Of a DNA stretch of 64,000 bases, positions 1 to 9,107 are shown piece after piece. Every line of letters begins with the position of its first letter. The stretch's first letter is position 1. The notes under the pieces were generated by a model, which saw only the letters and a program-made list of their open reading frames with translations, made no database searches and was not told where the DNA came from. Source of the DNA: Candidatus Palauibacter sp. Its GTDB lineage: Bacteria; Gemmatimonadota; Gemmatimonadetes; Palauibacterales; Palauibacteraceae. Both the position numbers and the translations under genes were made by a program. The stretch spans positions 1,866,130 to 1,930,129 of the forward strand of contig NZ_OZ250143.1 in the NCBI RefSeq assembly GCF_965237495.1, given 5' to 3'.

Positions 1-264
1 CGTCGTGATGAAGTCGGCGCCGGCCTCCAGGTACGCGCGGTGAAGCGACGCGATATCCCGGGGCCGGGTCAGGCACAGCACGTCGTGGTTGCCGGCCAGG
101 GGACGATCGTGGTCGGCGAGGGGGCCCGAGCGGTAGGCCGTCTCATCGAGGCCGAGGCGCTGGATCATCGTCCCGGTGCCACCGTCCATGATCAGGATGC
201 GCCCCTTGAGCGCCTCCCGGATCTGTACGCTGCGCGACTCACGACTGTTGGCCACGGACCTCAC
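1..264 (-). CDS. metH: methionine synthase, N-terminal homocysteine S-methyltransferase domain (5' part; gene runs off window start)
   Basis: Minus-strand translation from GTG at 264: VRSVANSRESRSVQIREALKGRILIMDGGTGTMIQRLGLDE...HRAYLEAGADFITT, the Hcy-binding N-terminus of MetH; no stop before position 1. Confidence 0.7.
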   Translation of the reverse strand, partial: MRSVANSRESRSVQIREALKGRILIMDGGTGTMIQRLGLDETAYRSGPLADHDRPLAGNHDVLCLTRPRDIASLHRAYLEAGADFITT

Positions 265-461
265 GCCCAAAAAAATCCCGGTCGCCAAAGATCGCGCCCG
301 GGGCGTGGCTCTTTAGCGATTGTTTAGCGTGGCTGCAAGCTGCCTCAAATCACCACGGCCGGATTTTCCGGCGGGCGAAAACTAGCGCACCCGCCATGCC
401 GACGAAACCGAATACGCGCACGCGGTTAAACAGCCGGACGAAGGGACGTGTTTCGCCTCAT

Positions 462-3254
462 ATGGAAAAGCGACGACGTGAAGCGGGCCGCGTGGCGTTC
501 GCCCTCGCGGTTCTGGCGATAACAGGGGCGGGGTGGGGGCTTTCGGCGCAGGAACCGTCGCTCTCGCCGACCGCGGCCGTGGCGACCGTCTTCAGCGGGG
601 CCCCCGCTGCCGTGGAGGCGGTACGCCGCGAGGGCGAACTCTCGATCGATGGCCGGCTCGACGATCCCGCGTGGCAGCCGGCCCCCATCATCACCGACTT
701 CGTCCAGGGAGTGCCGCTGGAGGGCGCCGAGCCGTCCCAGCCGACCGAGGTCCGCGTCGTGTTCGACGACGGCGCGATCTACGTCGCCGCCCGCCTGTAC
801 GAGAGCGACCCGAGGGTGATCCGGGCGCGCCTCACCCGCCGGGATGAACGCGGTTCCTTCGACTCCTTCAAGCTCTCGCTCGATCCGAACCGTGACGGGC
901 TGACCGGTTACGAGTTCGAGGTCAGCGCCGCCGGGGCCGAGACCGACCGGTACCTGTTCGGCGATACCCAGGAAGACGTGAACTGGGACGCGATCTGGGA
1001 CTCCTCGGTGCAGGTCGACGACCGCGGGTGGACGGTCGAGATGCGGATCCCGCTCTCGCAGATCCGCTACGAAGCTCGCCCCGGCGTGCAGACCTGGGGG
1101 ATCAACTTCGCGCGACAGCGTCTCGAGACGAACGAGACGGACTATTTCGCCCTCCAGTCGCGCACGGCCCGGGGACGCGTGAGCCAGTTCGGCACGATCG
1201 ACGGGCTCCAGCTCGCGCGCTCGAACCGGCGGTTCGAGGTGCGGCCGTTCGCCGTGTCCCAGTACCACACGGCGCCCGCCGACGCCGGAAACCCGTTGTT
1301 CGACGGCAGCGAGATGGAGCCGCGCGGGGGTCTGGGCCTGAGCATGGGAATCGGCTCCGCTTTCAGCCTCGACGCGACAGTCTATCCGGACTTCGGCCAG
1401 GTCGAAGTGGACCCCGAGGTCATCAACCTCACCGCCTTCGAGACCTTCTTCCCGGAAAAACGCCCCTTCTTCGTGCGGGACGCGCAGATCTTCACTTTCG
1501 CCGGCTCGCGTGGCGGCCGGATGGGCGGCGGCAAGGCGCTCTTCTTCAGTCGCCGGATCGGGCGGGAACCGCGAGGATTCGGGCCCTACGAGGCAGACTA
1601 CCGCGATGCGCCGCATCTGACGTCCATCCTCGGGGCGGCGAAGCTGACGGGCCGGACGCAGGGCGGTCTCTCCCTCGGCGCGCTGGCGGCGGTGACCGGG
1701 CAGGAGATGGGGCAGGCGTACTTCGCGGGGCCGGATTCCCTGGGACGGTTCGTGGCGGAGCCGCAGACCGAGCACGCCGTGCTGCGGCTTCAGCAGGACT
1801 TCCGCGGCGGCGCGAGCAAGATCGGCGTCATCGGCACCGGCCTGAAACGCGAACTTCCGGGCGACGCATCGTTCGATTTCCTCCCCTCGCAGGCGTACAG
1901 CTTCGGCCTCGACTTCGAGCATCAGTGGGGCGGACGGCGCGGCCGCGACTATCGTCTGTGGGGCTTCTACTCGGGCAGCCTGGTCCGGGGGTCGAACGAG
2001 GCGCTCCTGCGGCTGCAGCGAAATCCGACCCACTACTTCCAGCGTCCCGACGCCAGCTACCTCTCGGTCGACTCCACCGCCACCTCCATGTTCGGGAGCG
2101 ACTGGCGCGTGCAGATCGAGAAGGAGGGCGAGCACTGGACGTGGGGCACATGGCTGGGACAGCAGACCCCCGGCTTCGAGGTCAACGACTTCGGGTTCCT
2201 GACCAGCGGGGAACGGCTCGATGTGGGCGCGCGCATCAGCTATCGGAACATCACCCCCGGCGATCTGTTCCGCAACTACAACATAAGCCTCTTCAGCTAC
2301 CACAACTTCCGCCATTCGCTGCTCGAAGAAGTGCGGGATCCGGAGTACTGGCGGCGGTCCTACGACACGGGCGCCGCGTGGATGAGCGGGAGGTTCACCT
2401 TCCTGAACAACTGGGGTCTCAACCTCAACCTCTCGTATTCCCCCGAGAGCCAGTCCGATACGCAGACGCGCGGGGGTCCGCTCATGACGGAACCCGCGGA
2501 GTTCAACGTCCGCCTGGACGCGAACACGGATCGGAGCCGGGCCTTCCACGTGTCGCCGCGTTTCTCCTACCGCATGGCGGCACAGGGACGTGGGCATGAC
2601 TTCAGTACCGGCTTGAACTTCTCGTTCCGCCCGGTTCCCAACTGGCGATTTTCCCTGGGCCCGAACTACTCGAATAGCCGGGACGGGGCCCAGTACGTGA
2701 CCCGGACGGAGACCCTGACGTACAGGCCGACGTACGGTACGCGGTATCTGTTCGGCGACCTCCAGCGGACGAGTTTCTCGATGGAGACCCGTCTGAACGT
2801 GTCCTTCACGCCCGACCTGAGCCTCCAGCTCTATGCGCAGCCTCTGCTCTCCTCGGGCGACTATCGCGGCTACCGGCAGCTCGCCACCGCCGGATCGTTT
2901 GATTTCCTCGACCACGCCGAGGGGCGGGCCTACCGCTTCAACGGCGTCGTCACGGGATGCACGGACGGTACGACCTGCGCCTTCGACGGCGTGCGCTATT
3001 TCGACTTCAACGGCGACGGCGCGCTGGACTACTCGACCCGGGACCGCGACTTCAACGTCCGTTCGCTGCGCGGCAACGCGGTGTTCCGCTGGGAATACCG
3101 CCCCGGTTCGGAAATCTTCCTCGTGTGGCAGCACGCCCGCCGCGAGAGCGTCCTGCTCGGCAACTTCAACATCAACCGAGACCTCGAGGGGTTGTTCCTG
3201 GCGCCGGCGGAGAACGTCTTCATCGTAAAGGTGAGCCACTACCTTTCGATCTGA
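462..3254 (+). CDS. DUF5916 / carbohydrate-binding-family-9-like domain protein, secreted (probably outer-membrane associated)
   Basis: ATG 462 (second Met of the ORF starting at 396) gives a signal-peptide-like N-terminus (AFALAVLAITGAGWGLSAQE); N-terminal motif DGRLDDPAWQ...DFVQ typical of CBM9-like/DUF5916 proteins; aromatic-rich C-terminal half; the antisense ORF 426..4205 is treated as a GC artefact. Confidence 0.5.
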   Translation: MEKRRREAGRVAFALAVLAITGAGWGLSAQEPSLSPTAAVATVFSGAPAAVEAVRREGELSIDGRLDDPAWQPAPIITDFVQGVPLEGAEPSQPTEVRVVFDDGAIYVAARLYESDPRVIRARLTRRDERGSFDSFKLSLDPNRDGLTGYEFEVSAAGAETDRYLFGDTQEDVNWDAIWDSSVQVDDRGWTVEMRIPLSQIRYEARPGVQTWGINFARQRLETNETDYFALQSRTARGRVSQFGTIDGLQLARSNRRFEVRPFAVSQYHTAPADAGNPLFDGSEMEPRGGLGLSMGIGSAFSLDATVYPDFGQVEVDPEVINLTAFETFFPEKRPFFVRDAQIFTFAGSRGGRMGGGKALFFSRRIGREPRGFGPYEADYRDAPHLTSILGAAKLTGRTQGGLSLGALAAVTGQEMGQAYFAGPDSLGRFVAEPQTEHAVLRLQQDFRGGASKIGVIGTGLKRELPGDASFDFLPSQAYSFGLDFEHQWGGRRGRDYRLWGFYSGSLVRGSNEALLRLQRNPTHYFQRPDASYLSVDSTATSMFGSDWRVQIEKEGEHWTWGTWLGQQTPGFEVNDFGFLTSGERLDVGARISYRNITPGDLFRNYNISLFSYHNFRHSLLEEVRDPEYWRRSYDTGAAWMSGRFTFLNNWGLNLNLSYSPESQSDTQTRGGPLMTEPAEFNVRLDANTDRSRAFHVSPRFSYRMAAQGRGHDFSTGLNFSFRPVPNWRFSLGPNYSNSRDGAQYVTRTETLTYRPTYGTRYLFGDLQRTSFSMETRLNVSFTPDLSLQLYAQPLLSSGDYRGYRQLATAGSFDFLDHAEGRAYRFNGVVTGCTDGTTCAFDGVRYFDFNGDGALDYSTRDRDFNVRSLRGNAVFRWEYRPGSEIFLVWQHARRESVLLGNFNINRDLEGLFLAPAENVFIVKVSHYLSI

Positions 3255-3353
3255 TCCCGCCGAGCGCCTCGCGCCGGGCTGATTGGGGGTGCAGGTTGGC
3301 GGAGCGGATGTTTCGCTGCCGCTGACGGCCTGTTCCCGCCCGGAGACGAATCC

Positions 3354-4511
3354 TTGCCGACAAGCCCACTGCGCCTGGTCGAGGTGACGCTGCGAGAGAT
3401 CGAACTGCCCCTGAAGGAGCGGTTCGTCATTTCGTCGGGATGGATGGAGAATCGCCGCATCCTCCTGCTCGAACTCCGCGACGAAAGCGGCGTCACGGCC
3501 TGGTCGGAGTGCGTCTGCGGCGACCTTCCCAACTACTCCCCCGAGACGGTGGACACCGCATGGCTCGCGCTGCGGCTCTGGCTTCTGCCCCGGATCCTCG
3601 GGCGGGAGATCGAAGGGCCGGGGGTCGTGAAGGCCCTTCTGGACGACGGGGTGCAGGGGCATCCGATGGCCAAGGCGGCGATCGAGATGGGAGTCTGGGG
3701 ACTGGCCGCGGAGGCTGCGGGGGTCTCTCTCTCCCGGCTCGTGGGCGGGACGCGGAGCCGGGTCCCGACGGGGATTTCCATCGGTCTCCAGGCCTCGCCC
3801 GCGGACCTCGTGGCGAAGGCGAGGCAGGCGGTCGATCAGGGCTACAGAAAGGTCAAGCTCAAGATCAGTCCCGAGAAGGACCTCGAGTACGTCGCCGCCG
3901 TCCGCGAGGCCCTGGGGCCGCAGACCCCGCTCGCCGTCGACGCGAACGCGGCCTACACGCTGGAGGATGCGGACCACCTGGCGAGGCTGGACGCGTTCGA
4001 CCTCATCATGATCGAGCAGCCGCTCGCGGCCGGAGACCTCGTGCGCCACGCGCGACTCCAGGAACGGATCGACACCCCGCTCTGCCTCGACGAATCGATC
4101 GTCGACCCGGCCACCTGCGAGGACATGCTCGCGCTCGGGAGCGGCCGGATCGTGAACATCAAGCCGGGGCGGGTCGGCGGGTTCCGGAGCGCCCGGCGGA
4201 TCCACGACATCTCCCGGGACGCCGACGTCCCGGTCTGGTGCGGCGGCATGCTGGAGAGCGGGATCGGCCGGGCCTACAACGTCGCCCTCGCCTCGATGCC
4301 GAACTTCGAACTCCCCGGTGACCTGTCGCCGAGCGCCCGCTACTGGACGCGGGACATCGTGACGCCCGAATGGACGATGAGCTCGGACGGCTTCGTGACC
4401 GTGCCCCGCGACCGGCCGGGCCTCGGCGTCGAAGTGGACACCGAACGCGTCGAGGCGCTCACGCGCCGGTCCGAGACGTTCGCCGCGGCCGCCCCCGGCG
4501 TCCCGTCGTGA
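3354..4511 (+). CDS. enolase-superfamily enzyme of the o-succinylbenzoate synthase / N-succinylamino-acid racemase (OSBS/NSAR) family
   Basis: TTG start 3354 with GGAGA upstream; KxK motif (KVKLKI); metal-ligand residues D (AVDANAAY), E (IEQP), D (LCLDES); second catalytic Lys in NIKPGRVGG. Confidence 0.7.
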   Translation: MPTSPLRLVEVTLREIELPLKERFVISSGWMENRRILLLELRDESGVTAWSECVCGDLPNYSPETVDTAWLALRLWLLPRILGREIEGPGVVKALLDDGVQGHPMAKAAIEMGVWGLAAEAAGVSLSRLVGGTRSRVPTGISIGLQASPADLVAKARQAVDQGYRKVKLKISPEKDLEYVAAVREALGPQTPLAVDANAAYTLEDADHLARLDAFDLIMIEQPLAAGDLVRHARLQERIDTPLCLDESIVDPATCEDMLALGSGRIVNIKPGRVGGFRSARRIHDISRDADVPVWCGGMLESGIGRAYNVALASMPNFELPGDLSPSARYWTRDIVTPEWTMSSDGFVTVPRDRPGLGVEVDTERVEALTRRSETFAAAAPGVPS

Positions 4512-5320
4512 CCGAGTTCCGCCCGCTGGAGACGCTCGACGACCTGCGCGCGTGCGTCCGCCTCCAGCGAACGACCTGGGGGGAGGGGTTCGCGGACATC
4601 GTGCCCGCGTCCGTCCTGCAGGTATCGCAGAAGATCGGCGGCTTCGCGGGAGGAGCGTTCGAGGAGGACCGTCTCATCGGTTTCGTCTATTCGCTTCTCG
4701 GGCGTTTCGAAGGCAACGAGGCGCACTGGTCCCACATGCTGGCCGTTCATCCGTCCGCGCGCGGGGGCGGGCTGGGCCGGGAGCTGAAGCTGTGTCAGCG
4801 CGAGGCTGTCCTCTCGAGCGGGATCGGCACCATCTTCTGGACCTACGACCCCATGGTGGCCCGCAACGCGCATGTGAACCTGAACCGGCTCGGCGCGACG
4901 GTGCTTCGCTACGTGCCGAACATGTACGGCTCGGATACGGGGAGCCCCTTGCACGCCGGGGGCGATACCGACCGGTTCATAGTCCGGTGGGATCTCGACG
5001 GACCGGAGACCCGCCGGGCGCTCGAGGAGGGATCCGCGAGGTCCGCCGGCCGTCTCGCGGTTCCGTTGCCGGATCCGGCCCACGTCGTGCCGCGGCCGGA
5101 CGGAATACAGGGGGCGGGCGACGGACTGCCCGGGGGTGAGGAGGTGTTCGTCGAGATTCCGGCGAATGTCGAATCGCTGCCCCCCGACGGAGCGCTGACA
5201 AGGTGGCGCGAGACCGTGCGCGACGCGGTCTTGACCTATCTCAGGAGGGGATATGAAGTGCAGAGCCTGGTCGCGAACCTCGCGGCGGATCGCTGCTTCT
5301 ACGTCCTGCGTCGGAACTGA
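4508..5320 (+). CDS. GNAT-family acyltransferase, translationally coupled to the OSBS/NSAR gene
   Basis: GTG 4508 overlaps the upstream stop (GTGA); acyltransferase-fold motif HMLAVHPSARGGGLGRELK; the ORF-track start at 4370 lies inside the upstream gene and is rejected. Confidence 0.55.
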   Translation: MTEFRPLETLDDLRACVRLQRTTWGEGFADIVPASVLQVSQKIGGFAGGAFEEDRLIGFVYSLLGRFEGNEAHWSHMLAVHPSARGGGLGRELKLCQREAVLSSGIGTIFWTYDPMVARNAHVNLNRLGATVLRYVPNMYGSDTGSPLHAGGDTDRFIVRWDLDGPETRRALEEGSARSAGRLAVPLPDPAHVVPRPDGIQGAGDGLPGGEEVFVEIPANVESLPPDGALTRWRETVRDAVLTYLRRGYEVQSLVANLAADRCFYVLRRN

Positions 5321-5324
5321 CGCC

Positions 5325-7448
5325 ATGAGCCAGGCGCAGAGTTCGCGGCGCACGCAGGCGGCCACCGCCGGGATGTGGGCCTTCCTCGCGTCCCTCGCCG
5401 CGGCCGGTGCGGAAGCCCAGACGCCGTACACCGTCGAGGACATCCTCTCCGCCCCCTTCGCGACGGATCTCGTCGCCGCGCCCTCGGGCTCGGCCTTCGC
5501 CTGGGTCGGGTACGACCGCGGCGCCCGCGGCATCTGGGTCGCCGAAGGGCCCGATTTCGTCGGCCGTCAGCTTGCGGCCTGGTCCGAGGACGACGGACAG
5601 GATCTGTCGCAACTGCGGTTCACGCCGGACGGGCGTCAGATCGTTTTCGTGCGCGGCGGCGGGCCGAACCGCGCCGGGGAAATCCCGAATCCGCGCTCCG
5701 AGCCGGAGCCGGCGAGCCGGATGGTGTGGGTCGCGTCCCTCGATGGCGCCGCCGGGCCGCTCGCGGAAGGGACGTCACCCGCCATCTCCCCCGATGGCCG
5801 AACCGTCGCGTTCCTGAACCGCGGGCAGGTCTACACCGTGACGCTCGACGGGTCGGAGCCCGCGGGCTCCCTTCTCCGCATCCGCGGCAGTGCGGGGTCG
5901 CTCACCTGGTCTCCAGAGGGGGACCGGCTGGCCTTCGTGAGTAACCGCGGCGATCACGCGTTCGTCGGCGTATTCGGGCTCGACGACCGATCCGTCCGCT
6001 ATCTGAACCCGAGTCTGGACCGGGACGGCGACCCCGTGTGGTCTCCGGACGGAACCCGGATCGCCTTCATCCGCATCCCCAACGAGGGGGGACGACTCCC
6101 GTTCTCGCCCATCCGCAGCGCCCTCCCCTGGTCCATCCGCGTGGCCGACCTCGAGACGGGGACGGCGCGCGAAGCGTGGCGCGCGCTGCCGGGCAGCGGC
6201 AGCGCCTTCCAGGGCGTGAGCGGACCCGCGCTGGTGTGGCTCGCCTCGGACCATTTCGTGTTCCCGTGGGAGCGCACGGGCTGGCAACATCTGTACTCGG
6301 TCCCGGTGGCGGGCGGCCAGGCGACGCACCTCACGCCGGGTGATTTCGAGGTGGAATACGTACTCCCCGCGCCCGACGGAGAATCCGTCTATTTCTCATC
6401 CAACGAGGGCGATATCGACCGACGGCACCTGTGGCGCGTGGCCCCCGGGGGAACGCCCGAGGCCCTCACTTCGGGAACCGGTATCGAGTGGAGCCCCGCC
6501 GTGACGGCGGACGGCGTACTGGGCTTCATCGCTTCCGACGGGCGGACGCCGGCCCACGCCGAGGTCCAGACGGGAGGGGAGCGGCGGCCGCTCATGGACG
6601 CCTTCATGCCGGACAGCTTCCCGTTCGAGAGCCTTGTGGAACCGCAACAGGTCATGTTCCGCTCAGAGGACGGGATGCTCATCCACGGGCAGCTCTTCCT
6701 TCCCTCCGCCGGCGCGGAGGGGCGCCGGCCCGCCGCCATCTTCTTCCACGGCGGGTCGAGGCGTCAGATGCTGCTCGGCTGGCATTACCTGCGCTACTAC
6801 CACAACACCTACGCGCTGAACCAGTACCTCGCGAGCCGCGGCTACGTCGTCCTATCGGTGAACTATCGCAGCGGCACGGGCTACGGCCTCGATTTCCGGG
6901 AGGCGCTGAACTACGGGGCGCGCGGGGCCAGCGAGTACAGGGACGTGATCGCGGCGGGCCACTACCTCGCCGAGCGCGACGACGTCGACCCGAACCGGAT
7001 CGCGCTCTGGGGCGGCTCCTACGGCGGCTACCTCACGGCGCTCGGGCTCGCTCGGAACTCCGACGTGTTCGCGGCCGGGGTCGACATCCACGGCGTACAC
7101 GACTGGAACGTCGTCATCCGCAACTTCGTGCCGTCCTACCAGCCCGAGACGCGAGAAGCCTTCGCGCGGCTCGCCTTCGAGTCTTCCCCCATGGCCTGGA
7201 TCGACGGCTGGCGCTCTCCGGTGCTTTTGATCCACGGTGACGACGACCGCAACGTGCCCTTCTCCGAGTCCGTGGACCTGGTCGAGTCGCTCCGCTCGCG
7301 CGGCGTCGAAGTCGAGCAGCTCGTCTTCCCCGACGAGGTGCACGGTTTCCTCCTGCACCGGAACTGGCTCGAGGCTTTCGAGCGCGCGGCGGCGTTCCTG
7401 GAGGCGCATCTCGGCGAGTCGGCAAACGCGGGAGGCGCGAGGCCTTGA
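5325..7448 (+). CDS. S9-family serine peptidase (acylaminoacyl-peptidase / prolyl oligopeptidase type) with N-terminal beta-propeller
   Basis: ATG 5325 lies 5 nt after the upstream stop; signal-like N-terminus; TolB-like SPDG repeats; nucleophile motif GGSYGGYLT; C-terminal IHGDDDRNVP / HGF. Confidence 0.75.
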   Translation: MSQAQSSRRTQAATAGMWAFLASLAAAGAEAQTPYTVEDILSAPFATDLVAAPSGSAFAWVGYDRGARGIWVAEGPDFVGRQLAAWSEDDGQDLSQLRFTPDGRQIVFVRGGGPNRAGEIPNPRSEPEPASRMVWVASLDGAAGPLAEGTSPAISPDGRTVAFLNRGQVYTVTLDGSEPAGSLLRIRGSAGSLTWSPEGDRLAFVSNRGDHAFVGVFGLDDRSVRYLNPSLDRDGDPVWSPDGTRIAFIRIPNEGGRLPFSPIRSALPWSIRVADLETGTAREAWRALPGSGSAFQGVSGPALVWLASDHFVFPWERTGWQHLYSVPVAGGQATHLTPGDFEVEYVLPAPDGESVYFSSNEGDIDRRHLWRVAPGGTPEALTSGTGIEWSPAVTADGVLGFIASDGRTPAHAEVQTGGERRPLMDAFMPDSFPFESLVEPQQVMFRSEDGMLIHGQLFLPSAGAEGRRPAAIFFHGGSRRQMLLGWHYLRYYHNTYALNQYLASRGYVVLSVNYRSGTGYGLDFREALNYGARGASEYRDVIAAGHYLAERDDVDPNRIALWGGSYGGYLTALGLARNSDVFAAGVDIHGVHDWNVVIRNFVPSYQPETREAFARLAFESSPMAWIDGWRSPVLLIHGDDDRNVPFSESVDLVESLRSRGVEVEQLVFPDEVHGFLLHRNWLEAFERAAAFLEAHLGESANAGGARP

Positions 7449-8224
7449 CGGCCCGCATCGCGGGGCAACTCGCGCTCGTCACCGGGGCCAGCGCGGGGAT
7501 CGGCGAGGCCATCGCGCGCCGGATGGCCCGCGATGGCGCGAACCTCGTGCTGTGGGCCCGCCGCTCGGACCGGCTCGCACAGCTGGCGGAGGAGATCGCC
7601 TCGACCACCGGGGTGAACGTGCAGACCGGTGTCGTCGATGTCCGCGATCACGAGGCCGTGGTGGCCGAGGCGGACCGGCTCATGGCCGAGACCGGGGCGC
7701 CCGACATCGTCATCAACAACGCCGGGCTCGCCGCGGGCATGGCGCTCGTTCAGGACGCCGAGGTCGACGACTGGAACCGCATGATCGACACGAACGTGAA
7801 GGGGCTGCTGTTCGTGACGCGCGCCTTCCTGCCGGCCATGGTCGCGCGGGACTCGGGCCATGTGGTCAATATCGGGAGCATCGCGGGCCGGCAGGTCTAC
7901 CCGGGCGGGAGCGTCTACTGCGCCTCGAAGTACGCCGTCCAGGCGCTCACCGAGGGGTCGAACCTCGACGTCCTGGGTACGGGGGTTCGCGTGTCGGGGG
8001 TCAACCCCGGAATGGTCGAGACCGAGTTCTCCCTCGTCCGCTTCGGCGGCGACGCTGCACGCGCCCGGGCGGTGTACGAGGGCACGCATCCCCTTCGACC
8101 GGAGGACGTAGCGGAGGTGGTCTCCTTCGTGCTCAACGCCCCACCCCACATCAACGTGGCCGACGTCATCGTCCTCTCGAACAGCCAGGGCAGCATACAC
8201 CACATCCACCGCGACGGGGGATGA
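7445..8224 (+). CDS. SDR-family NAD(P)-dependent oxidoreductase
   Basis: TTG start overlapping the upstream stop (TTGA); TGASAGIG, NNAG, catalytic YCASK. Confidence 0.8.
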   Translation: MTARIAGQLALVTGASAGIGEAIARRMARDGANLVLWARRSDRLAQLAEEIASTTGVNVQTGVVDVRDHEAVVAEADRLMAETGAPDIVINNAGLAAGMALVQDAEVDDWNRMIDTNVKGLLFVTRAFLPAMVARDSGHVVNIGSIAGRQVYPGGSVYCASKYAVQALTEGSNLDVLGTGVRVSGVNPGMVETEFSLVRFGGDAARARAVYEGTHPLRPEDVAEVVSFVLNAPPHINVADVIVLSNSQGSIHHIHRDGG

Positions 8225-8991
8225 GCGTCGCAGGGATCGCCGGACTCTTCATCGCCTGTCGGGACCCGGTTCACGTCCGCGAATGGTACCACCACCACCT
8301 CGGGCTCCGGTTCTCCGAGGGTGAGGGCGCACGTTTTTTCTGGCGTGAGGCCGACAGCGGAAGGCTCGCCGTCAGCCATCTCGATTTCCTCGACGAGACC
8401 ACCTCGTCCTTCCACCCCGGTACACAGCCGTTCATGGTTCGCTACCGGGTTCGCGACCTCGAGACGCTGGCCGATACACTGCGCGCAGGCGGCGACGACC
8501 TGACGATTCAGCACGGTCGGGGCGGGGGGATCATCGATCCGAACGGCCAGCGGGTGGAACTCCTGGAGGCGGTCGAACCGCCCGGACGTTCCGTCGACCA
8601 CGGGCGGGTGCAGGGGATCGGGGGCGTCTTCTTCCGCTCGCCCGACCCGGCCTCGCTGAAGACGTGGTACGCGAAGCTCGGGATCCGTCCGGGGCCTGAC
8701 GGATACGTTACGTTCCCGGCCAGTTCACCAGACGGGAGCGAGACGTTCACGGCCTGGGAAGTCTTCCCTTCGGACACCACCTACTTTGACTCCCGGGGGG
8801 AGCGCAGCCCGCACCCCTTCATGCTCAACCTGCGCGTGGCGGATCTCGACGGATTCGTGGAGAGGCTGCGCGCGGCAGGTGTGTGGGTCGATCCGAACAT
8901 CGAGTCCTACGACTACGGAAAGTTCGCCTGGATCGTGGACCCCGTCGGCGCCCGGGTCGAACTCTGGGAGCCCGCTCCGACCGCGAGCTGA
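8221..8991 (+). CDS. VOC (glyoxalase/bleomycin-resistance/dioxygenase) family protein, two-domain
   Basis: ATG 8221 overlapping the SDR stop (ATGA); 256 aa; its last ~75 codons recur at 13356..13586. Confidence 0.6.
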   Translation: MSVAGIAGLFIACRDPVHVREWYHHHLGLRFSEGEGARFFWREADSGRLAVSHLDFLDETTSSFHPGTQPFMVRYRVRDLETLADTLRAGGDDLTIQHGRGGGIIDPNGQRVELLEAVEPPGRSVDHGRVQGIGGVFFRSPDPASLKTWYAKLGIRPGPDGYVTFPASSPDGSETFTAWEVFPSDTTYFDSRGERSPHPFMLNLRVADLDGFVERLRAAGVWVDPNIESYDYGKFAWIVDPVGARVELWEPAPTAS

Positions 8992-9040
8992 CGCCGTTCC
9001 GGGCCCGGCGCCCCGCTCCTGGGTTCGCGCCACCGAACGC

Positions 9041-9082
9041 TTGACTCGTTCCGATATATCGTAGTATGTTTCGATATATCGA
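9041..9082 (+). promoter_or_regulatory. putative promoter plus paired palindromic PadR operator, copy A
   Basis: TTGACT (9041-46); palindrome CGATATATCG (9052-61) in the spacer; TAGTAT (9062-67); second palindrome TCGATATATCGA (9071-82); palindrome centres 20 bp apart; RBS and ATG at 9108. Confidence 0.5.
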
Positions 9083-9107
9083 GACCAGTCGGAACGAGGA
9101 GAGCGTG

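Noticed and set aside
367-381. Hairpin GCCGG-ATTTT-CCGGC as a terminator
   Set aside because: No downstream T-tract on either strand; it lies in a divergent promoter region
426-4205. 1259-aa minus-strand ORF covering the DUF5916 and enolase genes
   Set aside because: Arg/Pro/Gly-rich low-complexity translation on the antisense of two well-supported genes; typical high-GC artefact
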